Below, piece after piece: positions 1 through 8,501 of a DNA stretch of 64,000 nt. This stretch comes from Alphaproteobacteria bacterium (lineage in GTDB: Bacteria > Pseudomonadota > Alphaproteobacteria > Rs-D84). A program made the translations under genes and the position numbers. Numbering within the stretch: position 1 is the stretch's first letter; every line of letters starts with the position of its first letter. Under the pieces are notes generated by a model, which worked only from the letters and a program-made list of their open reading frames with translations, was not told the origin of the DNA and searched no databases. The stretch lies in the NCBI GenBank assembly GCA_009784815.1, contig WQXN01000002.1, positions 94,667 to 158,666 on the forward strand. The letters run 5' to 3'.

Positions 1-534
1 ATTTTTTTGGTCTTATACAGCATTCCGTTTGCTGATTTCTTTTTATTCACAAGCTTGGTTACTATCCCGTCGGCCAAAACATACCCGCGCGTCAGCATAA
101 GCTTGAATGCTTCATGCTCCCAGTCGTCCGTTCTTGGCGTGACTATATCTTTTGAAAACGATCCTATCTCGATCCTGTCGGCGCGTGCGTCCGCACCCAG
201 GCTTCCAAGCGCAAGCTTGGGAAACGCGCCCCTGAAAATAAATCCTTCGTTGTTGATCTCTCCGCATTTCACCATTTCCGGGAACGCGTTGCTCTCCGCG
301 ATGTCGCAGTGGATTTTTCTGCAATAAGCAAGCTTTGGGAAAGCCATGGGCACGAATCGAACTTTCGGTGCGACAATATCGCCTTCTATGGCTCCCAAAT
401 TTTTGAAAAGCCCGGGGATCATTTGAAGAGGGGCGTCAATAACAAGATTGCCGTTTATCCGGGTGGTGCTGGTTAAATAGTGCCGATCAAGATCTATATT
501 TGTGACTGTAAGCGTTCCGTCATGTACGAACATT
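1..534 (-). CDS. hypothetical protein, 3' end cut by window edge
   Basis: Absent from the ORF track because there is no stop in the window. Manual translation from ATG 534..532 stays open to position 1 (MFVHDGTLTVTNIDLDRHYLTSTTRINGNLVIDAPLQMIPGLFKNLGAIEGDIV...). It has a recurring FP(K/E)(L/M) motif. No family recognised. Confidence 0.5.
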
Positions 535-606
535 TTTAATAAGCCTTCTTTTTATTTACGGATGCAATGCTACTAAATCCTATGCGGTTTGTCAAGGATT
601 GGCTGT

Positions 607-635
607 TTGACATACCCCCCCCCACCTGTGATAAA
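607..635 (+). promoter_or_regulatory. putative sigma70 promoter with a C9 tract in the spacer
   Basis: TTGACA (607..612), a 17-nt spacer containing C9 (615..623), then TGT-GATAAA (627..635, extended -10-like). The string CCTGTGATAAAAT recurs at about 30884 upstream of another gene. Confidence 0.4.
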
Positions 636-1865
636 ATGCCTAAAATGAAAAAGAAATCATCCCTACGCAGTTTTCTGTTTAATATCTACGGCTACGCGTT
701 TTTCGATAGCCTTGGGTTTATGTATCCCGTCTATATGCTCTTCTTCGCGTCAAGCGGAGTATCGGACACAGGCGCGTCCCTTTTGCTGATCCTTTGGTCG
801 CTGTTTGTGGTTTTTACGCAGATTCCGGTCCTTTTCATCGCGAATAAATTCCCAAGAAAGCCGGTCCTGGTAATATCTCAGTTGCTAAAGCTTTCGTGCT
901 TTTTGGTCTGGGCTGTCTGGCCGACTTTTTGGGGCTTTGCGCTTGGCTTTTTGCTTTGGGGCATCGAATGGGCGATATACAATACGGTGTACGAAGCGAT
1001 GGTGTACGAAGAACTTCAAGCGCGCCGCCGCAAAGACCTTTATGCGAAAGTCCGCGGTCGCGCCTCGGCTATCAGCAACGCTGCGTACATTATCGGCTGC
1101 TCGGGTTCCTTGATGATTCCTCTTGGGTACGAAGTCATCGCCGGCGCGACCTGTATTGCGATGCTTATTGCTACATTGTTCTACGCGAATCTGAAAATCC
1201 AAGCCAAAGGCACGACCAAGGCCAAGCCGCAAGTAATGAAATCGCTCAGAATAGCAGGAGCGACCCTAAGGCGCGCACCGTATATTCTGTACCTGATGAT
1301 TCTGTGCAACGCGGTCTACGCCTTTTCGCAAATAGACGAATACCTTGGTCCGATCGGTGTGGAAATAGGCTTTCGCCCGGAATTGGTTGGCGGCCTTTTC
1401 ATCGGCGCGCTTTTAATGCGAAGCCTTGGCGGGGCGATGGCGGGCCGATTTGAAAAAATATCGGATAAAAAGCTATTCGCGGGCGTCTCGCTGATAGGAG
1501 TGATCATGATATCGCTGTCAGTTGTGTTCACTCTGCCTGGCCTGATATTTTTGGCGGCGTTCTATTATTGCTACTCGATAGTGCAAATACTGATCTACGC
1601 AAGATTCCAACACGCGGCTCCGTCAAGCGGCCGCACGGCGTTTTTATCGGTCTACAGCTTCTTTGAACAAGGTACGGTGATACTGTCCTACATGGTCATG
1701 ATGGCGGGAATCGCGCTAAGCGGCGGATACAGGCTAAGCGTGCTTTTTACCGGGGTGATTTCGATCCTGGTCGGCCTATGGGCCATGGCCTACATTCCGA
1801 AAAAGAAGAAACTATACGACCGCCTGACCTCGTTCCGCAGCAGCCGCCACGCCACGTTAAAATAA
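636..1865 (+). CDS. MFS-type transporter
   Basis: ORF 567..1865. It is hydrophobic throughout with about 12 predicted TM segments and an MFS-like layout. The start is uncertain (ATG at 567, 636 or 645); the N-terminal extension from 567 would read the C9 tract as PPP. Confidence 0.75.
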   Translation: MPKMKKKSSLRSFLFNIYGYAFFDSLGFMYPVYMLFFASSGVSDTGASLLLILWSLFVVFTQIPVLFIANKFPRKPVLVISQLLKLSCFLVWAVWPTFWGFALGFLLWGIEWAIYNTVYEAMVYEELQARRRKDLYAKVRGRASAISNAAYIIGCSGSLMIPLGYEVIAGATCIAMLIATLFYANLKIQAKGTTKAKPQVMKSLRIAGATLRRAPYILYLMILCNAVYAFSQIDEYLGPIGVEIGFRPELVGGLFIGALLMRSLGGAMAGRFEKISDKKLFAGVSLIGVIMISLSVVFTLPGLIFLAAFYYCYSIVQILIYARFQHAAPSSGRTAFLSVYSFFEQGTVILSYMVMMAGIALSGGYRLSVLFTGVISILVGLWAMAYIPKKKKLYDRLTSFRSSRHATLK

Positions 1866-1871
1866 ATATAC

Positions 1872-1899
1872 TTGACAAAACTACGGATAATTATATAAT
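1872..1899 (+). promoter_or_regulatory. consensus sigma70 promoter
   Basis: TTGACA (1872..1877), 16-nt spacer, TATAAT (1894..1899), 34 nt upstream of ATG 1933. Confidence 0.6.
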
Positions 1900-1932
1900 C
1901 AGCCTGTAAAACTTACCAAAAGGCCCGGCGAT

Positions 1933-2535
1933 ATGATCGCGCAATGTGTTTTTATAGAGTATATGACGTATGATGGCAACGACCAAGCGCTTCAAGAAAT
2001 TTCCGCCCTACGCGAGCTGTTGCTAAGCTGCAGAAATTTCAACGATCTTCCCCAAGCCGAAATCGAGGCGATAGACAATTTTGTGGATTTTATCTCCGAG
2101 GATTACGGCACCGAAGAAAACGATATGCTAAAACTTACCGAACTGCGAGCCAGGCTATCGACCCTAAGACTTACTAACGACTTGAATGAAAAGCAAAGCA
2201 AATCGATAAGCGGTTTTCTAAGTGCGTTTGGCGCGCTTGCGGGCTTCGAGTTTGGCAAAGTCTCCTTCGACGCGGACAAGATGGTAAAATTGGGCGATCT
2301 GCGAAACGCGTTGTGCGATCTGGTTTGCATCGCCGAATTGCTTGATTCTGAATTCAAGGATTTCATCGGCCGCCTGTGCGAGGACAACAATATACATTAC
2401 ATCTACAACAAACCGGTGCGTAACGTCGCCGCTCAAAGATGCAAACATCTCGAGCCCGACGAAGGCGGGGTCTGCGCCTGTCCTGACAGTCGCACACGCA
2501 TCTGCGTTGACGTATGCAAACATACCATCCGCTAA
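1933..2535 (+). CDS. hypothetical protein with three internal helical repeats and a Cys-rich tail
   Basis: Three units of about 45 aa: LQEISALRELLLSC..IEAIDNFVDFI, MLKLTELRARLSTL..SKSISGFLSAF and MVKLGDLRNALCDL..FKDFIGRL. The C-terminus is CKHLEPDEGGVCACPDSRTRICVDVCKH. Confidence 0.6.
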   Translation: MIAQCVFIEYMTYDGNDQALQEISALRELLLSCRNFNDLPQAEIEAIDNFVDFISEDYGTEENDMLKLTELRARLSTLRLTNDLNEKQSKSISGFLSAFGALAGFEFGKVSFDADKMVKLGDLRNALCDLVCIAELLDSEFKDFIGRLCEDNNIHYIYNKPVRNVAAQRCKHLEPDEGGVCACPDSRTRICVDVCKHTIR

Positions 2536-2546
2536 AGGATTCCATA

Positions 2547-3113
2547 ATGAAAAAAGAATGCGTTTATATAATTGCCTCCAAAGATGTCGCAGACCAAGCC
2601 CATGATCTGTTTATCAAACTGGCCTGCACCGAAGTCGTTGTTAAGTTCGATCTTGTCTTCGTCAATAATCTCAACTGGGTCGAGAAGCACTACGGCAAAG
2701 GTGATTCGATCGACATCAGCGGTGCGGACGTTGGCAACATGATAGCGACTCTTGTAGGTGACGTCAAACACAGGGGAATCCTTGTGACCGGCAGCGGAGG
2801 AGGGGCGAATATAAGGGCGAACGCCTACGCGAACGTCCGTGCCTACGGCGCGGATTCCGAGGCTCACGCGGTTGACCTCCGCGAAAAGGCGCTGATAAAT
2901 ACTTTGATATGGAACGCTAACTTCACGGAACTGTCCGATTTCATAAAACGTGCGATTGCATTTCTGAAGGCCGAGCCAAGCGAAGAAAGAAAAGCTATGA
3001 TAGCCGATAAGAACTCGCGCCGTGTCAACTTGTTCGAAAAACTTTACGGCCAAGACGATTTCTTTCCAAAAGTGCGTTCCGAATGGAAAAAATCCCATCT
3101 CTCCCGCCGCTAA
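2547..3113 (+). CDS. divergent RpiB/LacA/LacB-like protein lacking the canonical catalytic residues
   Basis: GILVTGSGGGANIRANAYANVRAY aligns to the RpiB block GILICGTGVGISIAANKFAGIRAV. The catalytic Cys position is Thr, and the N-terminal CDH motif is replaced by ASK. AAAGGA RBS precedes ATG 2547. Confidence 0.5.
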   Translation: MKKECVYIIASKDVADQAHDLFIKLACTEVVVKFDLVFVNNLNWVEKHYGKGDSIDISGADVGNMIATLVGDVKHRGILVTGSGGGANIRANAYANVRAYGADSEAHAVDLREKALINTLIWNANFTELSDFIKRAIAFLKAEPSEERKAMIADKNSRRVNLFEKLYGQDDFFPKVRSEWKKSHLSRR

Positions 3114-3134
3114 TATAGATAACCTCTATCTATA

Positions 3135-4307
3135 CTACCTCACTATCGCCTTGATATTTATCTTTTTCAACAAGCCGTATGCGTCCTTTCCGCAAATTGT
3201 AAAATGACCAAGCTTGCGTCCGACCTTACTTGCGGCTTTATCATAAATATGAACATGCGCGCCCAAATCTACAGCCTTCTCGCGTCCCTCGAAGCCGATA
3301 ATTTTTCCATTCTCGCATCCGATTATGTTTTTCATTGCTGCGAACGGCGTAGTCATTTCGGTAGATCCAAGCGTCAGACCAAGTATGGCCCTGATATGAT
3401 TTTCGAACTGACTTGTTACGCACGCGTCCAAAGTTGGGTGCCCGGAATTATGCACGCGCGGAGCCACCTCGTTAACCAAAAGCCTGCCGTCCGCTTCGAA
3501 CATCTCGGTGCAGAAACTTCCGACGCCGTCAAAACATTCCATAACCTTGCGCGACAGATCGACCGCCTGATCCCATACGCCCTCGCCAAGCCATTCGTTT
3601 CCGAACAAGTCGACCTTGCTGTCGTAAATACAAGTTGTGTCCAATATGCTGTTTTTATGAGTATTTTCAGCGACCGGATAAAACACGCAGCTTCCGTCTA
3701 ATCCTCGGGTTGCCACGACTGAAAGTTCTCTTTTAAACTTGACCAGCTCTTCCGCCATAAGCCTGTCCTCGCCGGCATATCCGCCAAGCTGCTTGAACGC
3801 GGTCTCTAAATCCTGCTCGTGCTGGACAAGGAAATTTCCCTTGCCGTCATACCCTCCGAATCGGCTTTTCAACATAAATGGTTTCTTTTCGTAACGACAC
3901 CAATACGCATTCAGCTCTTCCATGTTTGGTATCGCTACGAATTTTGGAACTTCGATTCCAAATTTTTCCATCGCAAGGTTCTGAGTATACTTGTCCTGTA
4001 TGATTGCAAGGCTGTCGACGGACGGATAAATCTTGTGTCCCGCCTGTTCAAGTATTCGAAGCAGTGCGACATTTATATGCTCGAATTCATAAGTTATTAC
4101 ATCGCTTGCCTGGGCTAGTCTTAAAAACGCCACGCGATCGTTGAAACTTTTTGCATCTATATAGTGATCGACCCTTTTGGCGCAGGGGCAGTTGGGATCG
4201 GGATCAAGTACGGCGACTTTAAGTCCAAGCCGTCTTATGAATTCCAACATCATAAGTCCAAGCTGTCCTCCGCCGATTATTCCAATGGTCTTTACGCCGT
4301 TTATCAT
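3135..4307 (-). CDS. purK: N5-carboxyaminoimidazole ribonucleotide synthase
   Basis: IGIIGGGQLGLMM N-terminus, ATP-grasp body, about 390 aa, RBS AAAGG. Confidence 0.9.
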   Translation of the reverse strand: MINGVKTIGIIGGGQLGLMMLEFIRRLGLKVAVLDPDPNCPCAKRVDHYIDAKSFNDRVAFLRLAQASDVITYEFEHINVALLRILEQAGHKIYPSVDSLAIIQDKYTQNLAMEKFGIEVPKFVAIPNMEELNAYWCRYEKKPFMLKSRFGGYDGKGNFLVQHEQDLETAFKQLGGYAGEDRLMAEELVKFKRELSVVATRGLDGSCVFYPVAENTHKNSILDTTCIYDSKVDLFGNEWLGEGVWDQAVDLSRKVMECFDGVGSFCTEMFEADGRLLVNEVAPRVHNSGHPTLDACVTSQFENHIRAILGLTLGSTEMTTPFAAMKNIIGCENGKIIGFEGREKAVDLGAHVHIYDKAASKVGRKLGHFTICGKDAYGLLKKINIKAIVR

Positions 4308-4366
4308 CTAAATGCCTTTGGTTATTATTCCCAAATGCTAATACTAAAAATTAATTAAGTCAACAA

Positions 4367-5509
4367 TTAATTGGAATTCCCTCGTCCAAAAAAATTGAAA
4401 ATTTTCTGCATGACGGTCTTATCGACCTTATCGACAGGCGCCGTGACCGCTTCCTGAACTTCGACTTTCGGCTTTGGCGCATAGCGCATGTTACCAGCGT
4501 ATTTTTTATGAAGAAACACCCGGTTCCCGTCCTTTAACGCATCCAGAATATCGTCATGTTTGGCCAAAGGACTAAGATATGCGCAATCTTGCAAGTTCGA
4601 AAAATTCTTCATATTTTCTGGGATGTCTATAAACTTATCGCCTATTACGCCGGGTAGTTCTTTTTTTGCCATTTCGATTTTTTTATTCAAATATTCGTCT
4701 GCTTCGGCAAGATTTCCGGAAGTGTAAGGGTGCTTAAATTCTATGCGCCAATTTTTTACGATCACGCCATCGTTGTAAATTTGTTTGAACAGTTTATCAA
4801 GATAATCCGTAAGTATTTTATTGTCGGTCAAAATTCGATTTCCAAAACTTAACGCAAAAGTCATGTTCCCGTCGCGCAAATCCCCGCCCGAGTCCAGCAG
4901 AGGATGCGCTTCGTCATCTCCATGCCTTTCGTATACGCTTGTTTTCGAGTACGAGTATGATATTGCTTTCCACTTTGCGATCGTCAGATTTTTATTTTCT
5001 GATGCGCCTCTTGTATCATAAGCGTAAGGTTCCGTATCTCCTGCCCATTGGCAGAATCCTCCATGAGTGCCATGTATGCCGAACTTAATATCATCCGATT
5101 TTATTAACTCTGCACTTGTGGTATCATCGGAACCGCAAATTGATTCCGATGACGGATCAAGAACGTTTTCCGTATTGACCGTCATATCCTCGACTCTCGA
5201 AGCCGCCGCCTTAAAATCTTTCTGCTCATCTTCCTCTAATAAAAACCTATTCATCTCGGACTTTTTAACGCGGATAAATTTGGGGCTGCGTACGAACTCT
5301 ATGCCTGCTGCGGTCAACCTCTTTTCCACATTCTTAATTGCTTCCTCGTATTCATTCTCTATATGAATTCTAAAATAGTCGCTTTCTTTGCCAATGTCCT
5401 CAAATGATAAAACATAAGGCACTCCGATCACGTGCTTTTCAATCTTTGTATTTTCCGGTTTAATCTTGTTTGCGATCAAATCGTTTAATATTCCCAGCGC
5501 GTTTTCCAT
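4367..5509 (-). CDS. hypothetical protein (380 aa)
   Basis: Long ORF with an AAGGA RBS. AT-richer than the core genes. No motif recognised. Confidence 0.7.
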   Translation of the reverse strand: MENALGILNDLIANKIKPENTKIEKHVIGVPYVLSFEDIGKESDYFRIHIENEYEEAIKNVEKRLTAAGIEFVRSPKFIRVKKSEMNRFLLEEDEQKDFKAAASRVEDMTVNTENVLDPSSESICGSDDTTSAELIKSDDIKFGIHGTHGGFCQWAGDTEPYAYDTRGASENKNLTIAKWKAISYSYSKTSVYERHGDDEAHPLLDSGGDLRDGNMTFALSFGNRILTDNKILTDYLDKLFKQIYNDGVIVKNWRIEFKHPYTSGNLAEADEYLNKKIEMAKKELPGVIGDKFIDIPENMKNFSNLQDCAYLSPLAKHDDILDALKDGNRVFLHKKYAGNMRYAPKPKVEVQEAVTAPVDKVDKTVMQKIFNFFGRGNSN

Positions 5510-5542
5510 AACATTTTTCCTTCTATGCTTGCTTTCTCAAAA

Positions 5543-5827
5543 TTATATCACGTTTTGTCCTTTTGATACATAAAAAATGGCCTTGTTTGCCGAATCCGCC
5601 GCAGTAATCCCATCAATCATTTGTGGGGCGGTTTCTATTTTTGAAGTCTTTTTGTTGGTGATTTTTGCTCTGTGCGTTCTGATTTTTTCTTGCGCGCGTT
5701 CGATTGCGCCCCAAGCAATTAATCCGGCCGTCAGCATCGCCAATATCGCCATTGCCGTGTGCCCTGTATCCCATTTCATATTTACGCTGCGATTGCCGCC
5801 TGTTGTATTGTAATCGTTATAGCTCAT
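5543..5827 (-). CDS. small single-pass membrane protein
   Basis: Strong AAAGGAG RBS. One TM segment (AMAILAMLTAGLIAWGAI). Confidence 0.65.
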   Translation of the reverse strand: MSYNDYNTTGGNRSVNMKWDTGHTAMAILAMLTAGLIAWGAIERAQEKIRTHRAKITNKKTSKIETAPQMIDGITAADSANKAIFYVSKGQNVI

Positions 5828-5870
5828 CGTTTCGCTCCTTTATCAAGTTATTTCATTGTTTTACTTTATA

Positions 5871-5900
5871 ATCCTACCCCCCCCCGTTGCTTTTTGTCAA
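5871..5900 (-). promoter_or_regulatory. putative promoter with a G9 tract in the spacer (minus strand)
   Basis: On the minus strand: TTGACA (5900..5895), an 18-nt spacer ending in G9 (5885..5877), then TAGGAT (5876..5871). The leader to ATG 5827 carries the SD. Confidence 0.4.
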
Positions 5901-5914
5901 TCGTTAATTTGTCC

Positions 5915-5942
5915 TTGACAAAACACTGTATTATCATAAAAT
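5915..5942 (+). promoter_or_regulatory. putative sigma70 promoter
   Basis: TTGACA (5915..5920), N16, TAAAAT (5937..5942), about 30 nt before ATG 5974. Confidence 0.45.
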
Positions 5943-5973
5943 AGCGCCTGAACCTAAAACAAGGATTATTGAA

Positions 5974-6330
5974 ATGAACGGTACTATTACCACAATGGAA
6001 ACGGACAAAGCTATGATTGATTCGACTAAAACCAACGTGCATACCTTGCCATGTCACCCTTCTCTTGTAAAGATCATGACTGATGCCGAAGATAATGACC
6101 TGACGGCTCTGCGCGAACTGGTTAGAATTTTATTGAATCACGGAAATAAATTCAACCATTTTATCAGAAGTTTGGTTGGGGCTGGCAATCACGGCGAAGA
6201 CGTTGAAAAAATGCTAAAATCCATAAAGACGGCCTGTCCCGGTTTTACGGAAGGCTGTTGCACTATGGCTTTGACACAAGTTTCATACTGTTGCGAAGTG
6301 GCCAAGATAAAAAGCCAGAACATGATCTAA
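5974..6330 (+). CDS. hypothetical protein (118 aa)
   Basis: ORF with an AAGGA RBS. Cys-rich C-terminus (CPGFTEGCC, YCC). Confidence 0.6.
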   Translation: MNGTITTMETDKAMIDSTKTNVHTLPCHPSLVKIMTDAEDNDLTALRELVRILLNHGNKFNHFIRSLVGAGNHGEDVEKMLKSIKTACPGFTEGCCTMALTQVSYCCEVAKIKSQNMI

Positions 6331-6929
6331 AAATTATAAGCGACGCCCAGGGCATAGAAATTATAAACGCCGTTCCGGTCGCCCGTGTCGCCGTTTGAAA
6401 AGTGCTGCATAACGAACTCGACGTTCCAAGAATCGTTGATTCTGTGCCCTGCGAACATCCTGAAAGGTATAAGAAACTTTGTGTTCAATCGGTCGTTGTA
6501 TTTTCCCTGCACCGCGACGCCAAGTCCGGCTCCGAAATAAGTCTTCTTCCAATCGAACGGTTGGATCGCGAAATCCTGCGACAGCATGAATATCTCGGCG
6601 CTGTAATCTCCCCATTCGCAATCGTAAGGACAATGTCCGAAATAGCTTTCGCGTCCAAAGCCGATTGTCTTTATAAAGCTCATGCTCTGTCTTCCGGGCA
6701 TGCGGAAGAAACTATTCGGCTGGGAATACGTGAACGAAGCAAGGTAATAAGGAACGGGGCGGTTTATGTATTTTGCCAAAATCAGCTCGCCTGAATCGAA
6801 TCCCTGGCCAAGCATGAAGTGAACCTGATTTTGCTTGTCGCCAAAAAAAGGATTAAACCCGGACGCCTCGGCCGCTGCCGCCAAGGGCAGGGTGACTATC
6901 GCAAAAACCGTCATTATAATTTTCATCAT
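6327..6929 (-). CDS. PagL-like lipid A deacylase / acyloxyacyl hydrolase (outer membrane)
   Basis: Signal peptide MMKIIMTVFAIVTLPLAAAAEA. HFSNG His/Ser motif near the C-terminus. Terminal ...GVAYNF. The track start at 6962 is a TTG extension. Confidence 0.65.
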   Translation of the reverse strand: MMKIIMTVFAIVTLPLAAAAEASGFNPFFGDKQNQVHFMLGQGFDSGELILAKYINRPVPYYLASFTYSQPNSFFRMPGRQSMSFIKTIGFGRESYFGHCPYDCEWGDYSAEIFMLSQDFAIQPFDWKKTYFGAGLGVAVQGKYNDRLNTKFLIPFRMFAGHRINDSWNVEFVMQHFSNGDTGDRNGVYNFYALGVAYNF

Positions 6930-7007
6930 CCCGCATTTTACCCGCACCCATAAAAAAGTCAAGGGCCGGCCGCGAATCGCCCGATAGTCGACCGGATTAT
7001 TTTCAGC

Positions 7008-7376
7008 CTATTTTTTTCTATGAATCATGACATTGAATACGTCGCCGTCTATGGTTTCGATCTCGAAATCCAGCGGCCCGCCGGCCCATATCTTGTCATA
7101 TAACTTTTTCATGTCGGCGCGATTGAAGGGGCACGAATACTCCTCCCATCCCTCGTCGGGCACTAAGACCTCGGTTATTTCTTCGTTTATTTCCGGCCGT
7201 TCGCCAAGCTTGCCTATTAAATACGAAAATCTATCGTCCTCAAATTTATGACCAAGGCTTTTGAAGTTGATGTGCGGATACTTTTCCCACATCTCTGAAT
7301 TGAATTTTCCGATGTCTATCATCTGACTATCGTCTTCATCGACCGGGAACACGCGAAGTGCGCCGTAAAATATCAT
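7008..7376 (-). CDS. hypothetical protein (122 aa)
   Basis: ORF only. Acidic and soluble. Confidence 0.6.
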   Translation of the reverse strand: MIFYGALRVFPVDEDDSQMIDIGKFNSEMWEKYPHINFKSLGHKFEDDRFSYLIGKLGERPEINEEITEVLVPDEGWEEYSCPFNRADMKKLYDKIWAGGPLDFEIETIDGDVFNVMIHRKK

Positions 7377-7390
7377 GCCTAAACCTGTTG

Positions 7391-7756
7391 TTAAGAAGCT
7401 CGCTGCAACGATGTCTGCCTGCTATGCCGAATTATAATGTCGTCTTTTTTGATATAACCGACGTTTATCCCTCTGTTTTCAAGACCGTCGACAAAAGATG
7501 CAAGCTCTCCGCCATAGTTTCCGTTTACAATGACATTTACCGAGCTGATTCCAAAACTCAGGACTTTTCTGGCGATTACGCCGGACACTGATTTCGTGGT
7601 ATCGTCGGGCTGATGATTTCTGAAATACATCTCGACGCCCTTGGCGTTTTTTAATATTACTTTTGCATCGTCATGAGTGGGAAGCAAATAAACAAAAATG
7701 GAATTATCAATGCTATGGCGGTCTTGACTATGGTAGTCCTTCATGTAGTCCCTCAT
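7391..7756 (-). CDS. hypothetical protein (121 aa)
   Basis: Very strong AAGGAGG RBS 7 nt before ATG 7756. No motif recognised. Confidence 0.65.
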   Translation of the reverse strand: MRDYMKDYHSQDRHSIDNSIFVYLLPTHDDAKVILKNAKGVEMYFRNHQPDDTTKSVSGVIARKVLSFGISSVNVIVNGNYGGELASFVDGLENRGINVGYIKKDDIIIRHSRQTSLQRAS

Positions 7757-7809
7757 AACATTACCTCCTTTTATCCGCGTGGCCTGCCACCCGTAGCCTT
7801 GGCGAAGGT

Positions 7810-7883
7810 TGGTTGGGGAAACTGGATTCGAACCAATACTAACCGAGTCAGAGTCGGTTGTTCTACCATTAAACTATTCCCCA
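7810..7883 (-). tRNA. tRNA-Gln (anticodon CUG)
   Basis: Manual cloverleaf: acceptor TGGGGAA/TTCCCCA, anticodon stem ACCGA/TCGGT, loop CTCTGAC, T-loop TTCGAAT, encoded CCA. Confidence 0.9.
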
Positions 7884-7887
7884 ATTA

Positions 7888-8454
7888 CTATGCTTTGGCG
7901 CGCTCCACATACTCCAAAGTTTCCGTGTTCACTACAATCCTTTCGCCTTGCTCGATGAAAGTAGGGACCTGCACTCGCACGCCGTTTTCCAAAATCGCGG
8001 GCTTGCCGCTTCCGCTTGCGGTCTGACCTTTCAAAGCGGGTTCGGTCTCGGCTACGACCGCGACGACCGACTTCGGCAAAGTTATGGACATTGGCGCGCC
8101 CTCGATAAAGCTGGCGTGCACCTCCATCTCTGGCTCAAGAAATTTGGTCTGATCGCCAAGATTATCGTTGGACAAAGTGAACTGTTCGAACGAATTCAAA
8201 TCCATAAAGTAAGAATCCGTGCCGTCGGAATAAAGGAACTGGGCTTTGACGTCTTCGGCCATCAGCTTTTCAACGGTGTCTTCCGATCGGAATCGTTCGT
8301 TGCCCTTTGATCCGGTGTCGATGTTCTTCATCTCGACCTGCATAAAGGCTCCGCCTTTTCCAGGTTTGACTTTTTGAAATCCCGTGACGACGAATCGCGC
8401 GCCGTTATGCTGTATGACCCACCCGTTTCTAATATCATTCGCACTCATCTTCAT
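7888..8454 (-). CDS. efp: elongation factor P
   Basis: ANDIRNGWVI..., KPGKGGAFMQVEMKN, 188 aa. Confidence 0.95.
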   Translation of the reverse strand: MKMSANDIRNGWVIQHNGARFVVTGFQKVKPGKGGAFMQVEMKNIDTGSKGNERFRSEDTVEKLMAEDVKAQFLYSDGTDSYFMDLNSFEQFTLSNDNLGDQTKFLEPEMEVHASFIEGAPMSITLPKSVVAVVAETEPALKGQTASGSGKPAILENGVRVQVPTFIEQGERIVVNTETLEYVERAKA

Positions 8455-8501
8455 AAATTTTTACTCCTTATAAAGTTCCCTTTCCCAGAAATTGCCCCGT
8501 T

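Noticed and set aside
7-327. Track ORFs 7..327 (+) and 112..324 (-) at the left edge.
   Set aside because: The region is better explained by one continuous minus-strand frame running from ATG 534 to the window edge. The two listed ORFs are alternative frames of it with implausible composition.
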